Below, in pieces: positions 55,051-64,000 of a stretch of 64,000 nt of DNA (within the stretch, counting starts at the first letter, position 1; every line of letters begins with the position of its first letter). This DNA is from Paramoeba atlantica (Eukaryota; Protista; Discosea), in the NCBI GenBank assembly GCA_977017575.1, contig CDRNVI010000028.1:60447-124446 (forward strand), read 5' to 3'. A model generated the notes under the pieces. The model was given only the letters and a program-made list of their open reading frames with translations. It was not told where the DNA came from and made no database searches. The position numbers were made by a program, and so were the translations under genes.

Positions 55051-55560
55051 CGCCTTTTTTTCTAGAGTTTTTTTTCAAGGGCCTTTCTCCAATTTTTTTG
55101 AAGGGCTCAATTTTTTTTTGAAGGGCTCAATTTTTTTTCGAAGGGCTTGCTCAAAATATACGTTATCAGTGTGCGAGTTTTATGCATTATCAGTGTGCGA
55201 GTGGCCATCTTCAAAAACCTTTCTCCTTCGTGTACAAGAGTGAAACTCTCCACTTTTTCTTTCTCTTTCGTACTCTTTCTTCTATAAACAAATAGCAAAG
55301 TATTTTTGTCCCAAACACTTTGAAATGACGTGAAAAAAATAAAAACAAACTCCCAAAAATCACTTCCCTCCCCTCTACCCTTACCCTAACCCCCCGAACC
55401 CCCTTTTTCCTTTCTCCTTCTCCTCCCCCCCTCTTCCCCCCCCCTACCCCCTCCTCAACGACACCACCCCCACCCCCACCACGCCCAGCTCCCTTCTCTT
55501 AGCCCTTTTCGAAAACAACCTCTTGGCTTTGCGTAACCCCGTAGCCCCCCCTTACCCCCC

Positions 55561-56712
55561 CTACCCCCTCCTCAACGACACCACCCCCACCACCACCATC
55601 ACCCCCACCACGACCACCACCCCCACCACCAGCACCACCCCGAGCGCCCTCCTCCTCCCCCTCCTCGAGAGCCTCTTCGCCCGCCGCAGCTCCACGGTCC
55701 CCCTCTCCAGGTAGTCGTTGGTGTCCCGCACCCGCGAGACGACGTCCTCCACGTAGTCCCCCTGGTCGCTGAGGACCGTGGAGAGGTCGTGGAAGAGGGC
55801 GTGGAGACTCCGCAGGGAGGCCTCGAGGGCGTGGACCTCGGTGCGGGTCCCGGAGAGCTCGGAGAGCTTGTGGAGGGACTGGGCGAAGAGCTGGGGGGGA
55901 GGGGCGTGGAGGAGGTGGTCCACGGGGAGGGGGGGGAGAGGGGGGGAGGGGTTGGGGTTGTGGTTATTGTTGTTGTTTGGGTTGTTGTTTGGGTTGTTTT
56001 GGGTTTCATAAAGTGGTAAAGTGGCTTCCGTGGAGGTTCTGGGGTGGGGTTGGGTTTTTGTGGTGGTGAACCAGGTACGGAAAGGGAAAGGGGAGTTTCC
56101 GGTTTTAGGGCTATTTTTGGGATTTGGTGTGGGGTTAGTGTTGTGGGGGGTTGGGTTGGGATGCTTTTCGGTTTTTTCGTTTCTGTTTTGGTTTTGGTTT
56201 TTATCGATTTCTTGTTGTCTCATTTTGTTTTCTTTTTCTTCGGCCACAAGTTTAGTTTTCAGTTGTCGTACCAACTTTGCTTTTTGTTTACGATCCGCCT
56301 CAGTTTGGGTTTCATGGAAGGTGCGGAGACAATCAAGAAACTGACGGTGTAGAAAACGCTCCTGGTTTTCTCGAATACGAGTCCGCGCGTCGCCGGGGGA
56401 ATTCTCCGCTTTTGAAACACAAATTGCATGTTGTGAACGAAGTTGTTGTAGGTGCGTTCGGATGACGTCGCTTTGAGTTCGGATTTGCTCCTCAGTTTCT
56501 CGAATTTCTTCTCTTCTGTTTTCTGAGTCACCAGGAAGGGTAGAGGAGAGGGAAGAAGCGCTCTGGTGAAGGGACTGGAGCTGGGAGAGAGTGTCCTGGA
56601 GCACCGAGAGCTCAGTTTGGAGTTGCTTCGCCAGTGAAAAGAAGGCGTCTTGTTCTGCGGTGACGTCTGGCATGGGGAGTGGGAGGAGAGTGGGGTGTGT
56701 GTGATAAATCAA
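55561..56712 (-). CDS. Syntaxin (Qa-SNARE, plasma-membrane syntaxin-like)
   Basis: Habc helices (RTRIRENQERFLHRQFLDCLRTF), SNARE motif VHALEASLRSLHALFHDLSTVLSDQGDYVEDV with central Q, C-terminal TM. Confidence 0.9.
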   Translation of the reverse strand: MIYHTHPTLLPLPMPDVTAEQDAFFSLAKQLQTELSVLQDTLSQLQSLHQSASSLSSTLPGDSENRREEIRETEEQIRTQSDVIRTHLQQLRSQHAICVSKAENSPGDARTRIRENQERFLHRQFLDCLRTFHETQTEADRKQKAKLVRQLKTKLVAEEKENKMRQQEIDKNQNQNRNEKTEKHPNPTPHNTNPTPNPKNSPKTGNSPFPFRTWFTTTKTQPHPRTSTEATLPLYETQNNPNNNPNNNNNHNPNPSPPLPPLPVDHLLHAPPPQLFAQSLHKLSELSGTRTEVHALEASLRSLHALFHDLSTVLSDQGDYVEDVVSRVRDTNDYLERGTVELRRAKRLSRRGRRRALGVVLVVGVVVVVGVMVVVGVVSLRRG

Positions 56713-57241
56713 CCCCTCAAGTGTGTCTCTGTGTGAATTTTCGGGGGCATTTTGGTGGGTCGGATCTTCTTCGTGAGAACTGCATTTTCGATTTTTTAAC
56801 TAGTAGTATTACGAATATCTGAGTGGACAAAGAAACAAGAAAGTTTGATTTTTGGAAGCAAAGTGATTAAAACTTGTTTTACAGAGGGATACAAAGACAC
56901 TACTCACACTGTACGTATGCGTAATTGCAAGTACGCCATCTTGTAAAGGACTTATAGGCACTGAGAAATATGTATTTACGTGCACATCTGGCTCAAACAT
57001 GAGCGTAGTTTTATGCCTCAAGTCGTTATGGCTCGTCAGTTTTCCTTGCTGCGCTGAATTCCATAGATTATTTTTCTCGGATTCTTTTGTTTCGCTAGTA
57101 AAATAGGAGAACTCTTCTTCAATATCCGAGTACCCATTTCTCCTCGAAAAAACTATTACAATAGAGTCATCGTCCTCTTCTTCATTATAGTATGTTGCCC
57201 TTAGATGGCACCGTCACTTTTTGTGCATCATATATACTGCG

Positions 57242-57409
57242 CTATTGTATGTATCTGCTATAAAAGTGAAGAACCAACACAACAGTAACCAAAGCCATGC
57301 CAAGGCAGACCACTGTGCTTGGACTTAACTGAATAGAACCACTCGCATCAGAGCAATCGCTATAGCGAAACATGCTGTTGCTCTTGGTAAACCGCCCGGG
57401 TCGCTTCAT
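57242..57409 (-). CDS. SEC61B: Protein transport protein Sec61 subunit beta (55 aa; absent from the ORF track)
   Basis: Hand translation MKRPGRFTKSNSMFRYSDCSDASGSIQLSPSTVVCLGMALVTVVLVLHFYSRYIQ* has the basic N-terminus, x-SP-x-V motif and tail anchor ending LH, as in Sec61-beta. Confidence 0.75.
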   Translation of the reverse strand: MKRPGRFTKSNSMFRYSDCSDASGSIQLSPSTVVCLGMALVTVVLVLHFYSRYIQ

Positions 57410-57766
57410 GACGCAAAGTAGTAGTAAAGAAAAAACGATGGTTCGCAGAAATTTTGTGGTAAAAAAATATTTTTTTAGAGTAAAAAAGTTACATACTAGA
57501 GTAAGAAAGTTGCTGTTTTTGCCTTAATTGACTACAAAATTTTTAAAAACGTTTTTTTCTGTTTGCCCAAAAATTCAATTACCGTGAATCGGTAATTCCC
57601 GTGACATTGTTACCGTGACATTGTAGAACTGCGTTGACCTTTTGGACAAAAACAACCCAAATTGTCCATAAGCTGATATATCGTTTTAAGAAAGAAAAAC
57701 GCACCTTTTGGACGACTCGAGACCCTCTTCTTCGGAAGCGATTTGCAAACCTCAATTTGTCACATA

Positions 57767-58794
57767 CAGTAAACGTCACTATTCTCAGAATGCTCAGTTG
57801 TACGTCGACACAGAAAAAACGGCTTTTTTGTCGTTTTTCGTCACTATTCTCAGAATTGGTCTGTTGAACGTTGACAGGCACTTTTTTATGAGGTCAAATC
57901 ATAATTCTCATTTTTAAAAAAGAAAACGTTTTGCAAGAAAAATGTTAGCAGCGGAGCAACAGGCCGCTTTGGGTGCACAAAAATGACCCCCAGAGATCTC
58001 CCACCATCTCCTTGGTTTGCGGAGTCGCCGCTCTATCAGAAGAACACCGCGCAGTCAAACAGTACAAGTTTTCCTTTTGTGTATTAGCGTTTTGTTTTCA
58101 GAAAAACAAAGTTTCATGACTCGTAGTCACCTAAATCAGTGTTTTGTTTTCTTTTTTTGGTCTCACTAGGACATTTGTGTGCCTTTCATGAATGGAAGAA
58201 GGGACAACGATAAAAATGATCTCCAGTGATCCTCTGTGACCCCCATCTATCTCCACCTACCTATACCCCCCCAGTAATAGAATCGATTTTGGACCATAAA
58301 GGCCAAATCCTTGTTACTGGGTGGGGTATGCTTTTTCGGTGGGCAAAGGCCTTTTTCGTTCATGAGTGCGCTGATTTTCTGTACAGCCAACCCAGAAACC
58401 ACGCGATTCGCTACTGCACAACCACCCTCATCCCGTCCAGACACCCCCCTCCAACCACCCTCCCGAGACAAATCCTTGTTACTGTGTGTCGGCCCAAAAA
58501 TGGCGAAATCTCTGCTACTGGGGGGTCCATTACTGGGGGAATATACAGTATCCCCAGTGATTCCCACCGATCTCTCGCATACTCTCCAGTTAGTGAAGAT
58601 GAAGCAGTGAGTTAATCAGTGAGAGAACGAAAGCGTTTTTTTTCAATTCTCATTTTTGAGTGTAAAATTGAATTGAACGTTGACACATGACCGAAGCTCC
58701 ATTCTCATTTTCCAAGGTGCATTCTCATTTTAGTCAGTTGTACGTTGACAGCCCAATTCTCATTTTTAGCGGCTCAGAATAGTGACGTTTACTG
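57767..58794. mobile_element. TA-flanked MITE (pogo-like CAGTA ends)
   Basis: TA|CAGTAAACGTCACTATTCT ... AGAATAGTGACGTTTACTG|TA. Confidence 0.75.
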
Positions 58795-58984
58795 TATGCT
58801 TTTTCAAATGGAAATGTGGGTTACGCAAGACCGTAGAGGAAGGAGGAGCAAGGCAAAAAGCAGAATGCGGTGCCTCCTGCCTTTTTGCCGCAGCGACGAC
58901 GACTTCCTCGCGTGGGAAGCTGTAAGGGAACATGTTTCCTAGGGAGCATGTTTTTACTATGTAACCCAGGCTAAAGTGGACGAG

Positions 58985-59480
58985 GGAGATACCAATAGTA
59001 TAGATGTGGCAGTTTCCTGCAGGAAAAAAAAGGTCAGGGCGTCCGATTCACATCGGATGATGGGACTTAGCGATCCCAGCCTCCCGAGCTAAGGCCCGCG
59101 CTAACAAAACAAAGCGCTAAATAACTAGGCCCGTTCAGGGAACTGGTTGTCCCTCGAGGATCGTTAGTGAATGAGTGCGTCCTCACTCTACGTCCCTTGA
59201 TGAGTTCTCGGTGGTGAGATTCTGACGCCCGTACTCTTCCGGAAACGGAGAGGTTGCTCAGCCCCACTTAAAAAGAGACTCAGACCGACGTAGAGGTTTC
59301 TCTGTAACGGAGATTCCTGCTACGATCCTATAGCCCTAGTTGGCCAAACGGGATATCTTAACTCTTAACTTCCTGCAGGAAAAACGGTATCTCCCTTATG
59401 GCATGGAAACTAGTGCCTAAAAAGGTGGAGATGCCGTTTTTCCCGTGGGAAACTGCCGCACCTACATTATTGGTATCTCC
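58985..59480. repeat. About 500-bp segment bounded by 33-bp imperfect inverted repeats
   Basis: GGAGATACCAATAGTATAGATGTGGCAGTTTCC versus the inverse at 59448-59480. Confidence 0.6.
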
Positions 59481-59519
59481 TTTACTTTTTTTGGGTCAAA
59501 AAAAAATTTTTTTTGGTCA

Positions 59520-59772
59520 CCCCAAAAAATTCGGAGATTTTGACCGTGTCGGACCCCTCCTGTGCGTACCAGGGGGGTACCCCCAGGGGGGGGGGGGGGA
59601 AATTCTCGCTGCGGCCTACTCTACCACTTCCCTGCGCTCGATTTCGAAAAGCAAAAAAATCGAAAAAAAAATTCGTGGTGTATGCCCCCCCCCCTGGACC
59701 CCCCCCATGGACCCCTCCCCTAGACCCCCCATTTTTTTAAATTTTTTTTTCAGTTTTGGACCACCGGAGCCC
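59520..59772. repeat. Diverged internal module of the hairpin-ended family
   Basis: CCCCCTGGACCCCCCCATGGACCCC...CAGTTTTGGACCACCGGAGCCCC, as in 43930-44010. Confidence 0.7.
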
Positions 59773-59779
59773 CATCAGG

Positions 59780-61286
59780 TTCTAGGTTTTTCTGATTCTA
59801 GTGAAGAATCTCAAAGTGAGGCGGGAGACGATGAGGTAGAAGAGGCGGGCGAGGAAGAAGAAGAAAACGGCGAACCGCATCTTTTTAGCAAAGAGAAACA
59901 AACATGCCAGGGAGGTCAACATGCCAGAGAAAAAAGGCCGACCCATGAAAGCGGCCGTCGGTCGAATGAGTGTATCACCACTTCTCAAAAACGTCGCATA
60001 TGCAAGTACTATGAGTCTCTTCCGACTAAAATTAAGGACACAAAAAAAGGGTTAATTCCTCTCCTCAATGCATATGTCAGGGAAGCATGGCCTCAGAAAC
60101 GCCTTCGTATATGTCACAAACAACAGCTGTATTCCTGGTTGTCCATGTTTTCTGATAAAAAGAATGAAGGTGGTAAACGAAAACGTTGTGAGCATCAAAG
60201 ATCGAGTTGTCCGCCTCAGAAAACAAAAGAAATGCTCGCTTCTTTTATTCGAGCAAGGCGTAGTGCAAATGCAATAGTCACGTTTTCCATGATAAAAGAA
60301 GAAGCCCATCACATTCTTTGTCGTAGGCCATCTTCAGAAGTAGGAAATAAGCGAATCGTAAGCGATATGAGGGTATCCCGCTTTCTTCGCCAATTTTCCT
60401 TCAGTCTACGCATTGTCCAGAAGCAAACGATTTTGACGAAGGAGCAGTTAAATCATTCGAAAAAATCAAACGTTTTCATACTTTCATTGATCGTGCCTTA
60501 AAAACTAAAATATTTAGTTGTGTGTTCAATTTTGATGAAATTCCCCTGTCCCTTCGCGGCACTATGAGGGCACTGAAAACTGTAACCCACCGAGGTGAAC
60601 AAGATGTTCATGCACATGCAAATCCCAACGATCGCAAGCGTTGTGCTACGCTCATCTCCGGCGCAGGTGTTATCATAGATAGCGAAAGAAATCCCTTACG
60701 ACATTTCTTTATGAAACCCCTAATTGTATGGAAAGGTAAGAAAGATCTAATGCGAAATGTTGCCTTTGATCCCAAAACGGCCTGTGCTTTTACTCCAAAG
60801 GGAGTTGTCACTGAAGAATTTTTTAAAAGTATATTTGTTCCTTTTTTCAATCAATTACTGGAGCAACATCAAGTAGAAGGACCGACTTTACTTGTCCTTG
60901 ATTCTTGCCGATCACACATTACGGCAAGCGTTCTTAGCTCTTTCTGCCTAACAAAAAATTACGTTGCTGTTCTTCCGGGTGGAACCACATCTTTGTTGCA
61001 ATGGATTGATGTATACTACGCTGGTCCCTACAAAGCTGCGCACGTGAAATACTGGAACGAGGAACATACCACCAAACGAACAGCGGCAGAAAATCGTAAG
61101 TGGCTGCATTGTACAGTAGCGCGAGCGCATACAGACGTTATATCCACCATGGATGTGACCAAGCAGTTCAAACATCTTGGCTACCTTAATCCTTCCATTG
61201 CCGAATTTCATTCACCTCATCTCTCAAACTACAATTTTGAAAATCCAACAGAAAACCTCGCGAGCATAGCAGATCATAAGAAATAA
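59780..61286 (+). pseudogene. pogo/Tigger-like (DDE_1, CENP-B-type HTH) transposase with one frameshift
   Basis: FNFDEIP, KPLIVWKG, LLVLDSCRSH and LPGGTTSLLQWID (DD35D). Frameshift in the A-run near 60465. Start codon and ends not determined. Confidence 0.85.
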
Positions 61287-61514
61287 ATTGAAGAGCAGTT
61301 TGTAAGATGCTCCCAACTAAGTTTGACTGCGAAACGCGGTCCTATAGATCGCTTTGTAAAAACTAGTCGGTCACAGAGGAACAATAAGACATAGGAACAA
61401 TAATTTGTTTACACTTCAACAACGATGAGACTTATTTTCTACTTCAGACTATGTCTAAACTTTTCTCCTATGTTCTTCTCTTTGAATATTATAGCGTTAA
61501 CGCTATATTATTTA

Positions 61515-61719
61515 AACCCAGATTGAAAGGGGCGAGGGAGATACGAAGCAACAGGCGTGGCAGATTCCCACTGAAAAGAAATGGTATCTCCCCGCACGAG
61601 AAAAGCCTTTGTGCTTTCTAGCTCGGAGACAAACTTCGTGCGGGAGATACCATTTCTTTTCAGTGGGAATCTGCCACGCCTGTTGCTTCGTATCTCCCTC
61701 GCCCCTTTCAATCTGGGTT
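61515..61719. repeat. Near-perfect foldback: arms of about 85 bp and a 36-nt spacer
   Basis: 61515-61599 is the reverse complement of 61636-61719 except for one C indel. Confidence 0.92.
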
Positions 61720-61726
61720 ATACGGC

Positions 61727-61947
61727 GGGCCGTTCGAGGCGCAGACCCGCTGGCGCGGGTGGTGCTTTACCTCGTGACAAGTAATCTTGAAGGAAACAAG
61801 CTTCTGAAATCTTTTTTTTGAAGGGCCCGCCCGGCGGGCCCTTCGAGGCGGTGCAGACCCGCTGGCGCGCGGAGTGCTTTACCTCGTGGCAGGTAATCTT
61901 GAAGAAAACAAGCTTCTGAAATCTTTTTTTTGAGGGGCCCGCCCGGC
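61727..61947 (+). repeat. About 110-bp direct repeat, 2 units
   Basis: TTCGAGGCG..CAGACCCGCTGGCGCG...GAAACAAGCTTCTGAAATCTTTTTTTTGA.GGGCCCGCCCGGC twice. Confidence 0.85.
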
Positions 61948-62292
61948 TAACATTTTGCCTCTGGGAGGTCTATGTTCGATTCTACTTACGTCTTGTTTAT
62001 GTTAAGCATTGAGCCCTTTATGTTGTACTTTAATAATGCAAAAGTGCACCTATGGGCACTTTCACTGGCTCAGTGAGACGGAACCGAGGTTCCCCCAACA
62101 CTTACACCAGGTCGTGCATACGGAACATTTCGTTCGTTGACAGTTCTTTATGTACCTCTGCTTGGTTAGCCAACAGGCATTAAGCTCAGACGCCACGTCA
62201 AGGCGAGAGATAATTGTCTGAGGACCCTCTTCTCACGAAGAAGGTATTCAAAATGAATGTGATTTTCGTATCAATTTACTCTAATTTCTTTT

Positions 62293-63580
62293 CTATTTTC
62301 CACTGTACATTTCTTGTTCCACTGTATTTCTTGTTCTTCGCTCTTTTGCCCATACCGCTTCTACCGATTCCCGGCTGACGATCTGAGCAAGTTCCGTACG
62401 AGACAGTTCAGGAGGTGTTTCGAGACCTGGAGTTGCGCACTGAATCATCCAACGGCAAACGAATAAAGCACAGTCATTGGTGCCATCATCTTGCACCAAG
62501 GTTGAGCCCTGTATAATCTCCCAGCCATGTGCTCCGTGAAAGATATTTTGCGCAACAGTTTGCACATCTAAGAGCACTTCAGTTCTTCTCCTCGGATTGT
62601 GGTTAGGCAGGGAATCGAACCAAAGTAACTTTCCGCCTTCTTTATTTTCATGCGGTACGATAACACATAGAGCGAAGTGTTGATTGAAAAAGAATGGAAC
62701 GGCAGTGCGGTCAGCCAAGAAAATTCTTGTTCTTATTTCTGCCGGTAAATCTCCTACTGATGTGGCATATCTCTTAAAAATCGTAGTTGCCACAGAACTA
62801 TCCAATACTTGATATCTTTCAGACGGGCTTGAAAGTACTGAACCTAAAGTGTTTATAACTGTGTCCGGTATAAATTGTCCAGGTTGTGTCCACTGATTGT
62901 CTTGCGTCCGATCTTTTAACTGGGGTCGCGTGTAAGTTTCACTTTCGCGCGACATAGGGTATTCCCCCTTTCTTTGCAGTTTCTTTTTCTTAGATGGCGG
63001 AGGGCAACGGTACAGAGTTTTTTCAGGTACGTATTTTTCATTGCCTTCCTTCTGCGTCATAAGTTTCACGAATTTCGAAACGTCGGCGTTGGGTCGCAAG
63101 TTTTCCAAGTAGCTAAAGCCTCCATCACTTCTTTCAGGGAGTAACCAAAGTTGACTCACACTTTTTACTCTTGAGAGGGCCACGTACACCGAGGCATGAC
63201 ATAACATCTTGCTGTGATAGCATGTTGGTCTGCGGTTCAAGTCTATGCAGACATTTTCTGTAAGAGTAGCTCCCTGTACTTTGTGAATGGTGTAAGAGAA
63301 GCCGCACCCAATTTCAAGCTCATCATCAATATCACTTTTTCGAAATTCAGCCGAAAGATTTCCGTCTACTGTTGAGGCCGAGATGCCAGCTATTTAGAAG
63401 GCTGTGCAATCCAAAATTTTACCAGGCCTTCCATTTTCTTTAATGTATGAGCTTAATTCTTCTTTGGTCTTCTCGTTCTTTACAATGATTTCATCTTCAA
63501 TCATTAGCGTACCATTCACTAGTCGCCTCTGCGGGCATAGGTTGACTAGGCACATCACGGGTTTCCCAGGAACAGAAAGG
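62293..63580 (-). pseudogene. PIF1-family helicase C-terminal part fused to a Ulp1/C48-like cysteine protease
   Basis: GKPVMCLVNL...LVNGT, TIHKVQGATL and YVALSRV (PIF1 motifs), then FNQHFALC, WFDS and QDDGTNDCALF (H-D-Q-C). One in-frame TAA at 63394-63396. Confidence 0.8.
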
Positions 63581-63760
63581 CCAGCTGGCCACTTTTCGAC
63601 GAAGCACAAACCGTGTTTTTGGTGGCCAGCTGGCCACCCTTCCACAACATGGCCAGCTGGCCACCCTTCCACAACATGGCCAGCTGGCCACCCTTCCACA
63701 AATTGGCCACTTCCAAAACATGGTCACTTCCACAACATGGCCAGCTGGCCACTCTTCCAC
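63570..63760. repeat. About 29-bp repeats built on the palindrome GGCCAGCTGGCC
   Basis: GGCCAGCTGGCCACCCTTCCACAACAT repeated 4-5 times. Confidence 0.85.
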
Positions 63761-63804
63761 AAACACTCTCCCACCCCCGTGGGACTCACTCAGTGGACTC
63801 ACTC

Positions 63805-64000
63805 AACGTGAGCCACTGCCCCACGTGGCAGTGCTCTGACTCTCTCACGTGCTACTGCAGCTACACTGCAGTCACTGCCTCACGTGGCACTACTCTTACT
63901 CTCGCACGTGCCACTGCAGCTACACTGCATCACTGCATCACGGGGCACTGCTCTCACTCTCGCACGTGCCACTGTAGGTACAGTGCCGATGCAGTCACTG
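63805..64000. repeat. About 58-bp degenerate tandem repeat (CACGTG-rich), running off the window
   Basis: GCCACTGC...CACGTGGCA.TGCTCT.ACTCTC.CACGTG repeated about 3 times. Confidence 0.75.

Larger units (their letters stand above)
52629..55213 (+). mobile_element. IS30-family insertion sequence with repeat-array arms
   Basis: TGAAGAT...CGCACACTGATAACGCATAAAACTCGCACACT at the left end and its inverse ending ATCTTCA at 55213, enclosing an IS30-type transposase. Confidence 0.8.

Noticed and set aside
55378-55395. Telomere-like CCCTAA
   Set aside because: A single unit in a C-rich tract, with no array.
59170-59260. Hammerhead ribozyme core
   Set aside because: CTTGATGAG is not the CTGATGA consensus, and the required three stems around GAAA could not be built.

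Overview
Eukaryotic nuclear DNA, most consistent with a kinetoplastid of the Perkinsela/Prokinetoplastina type. The basis is intronless host genes all on the minus strand (one directional cluster), a dimeric all-alpha dUTPase, a KAP-like tandem HMG protein and an expanded LRR family. Host genes: about 10 LRR paralogues (some broken), dUTPase, HMG/KAP-like protein, a putative mitochondrial protein, ALG1, a histone-fold protein, a syntaxin, a 55-aa Sec61-beta missing from the ORF track, and two large hypotheticals. The space between them is packed with mobile DNA: an intact-looking bacterial-type IS30 (DD33E) element with repeat-array arms, several two-ORF PIF/Harbinger-like (DDE_Tnp_4) elements including a three-level nest, Merlin/IS1595-like remnants, a Tc1-like IR/DR element with DD32E spacing, a pogo-like DD35D element, a decayed tyrosine-recombinase retroelement (VIPER/TATE-like), a PIF1-helicase/Ulp1-protease fusion remnant, a multicopy hairpin-ended non-autonomous family and several TA-flanked MITEs. 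All family assignments come from motif recognition by eye; no searches were run.
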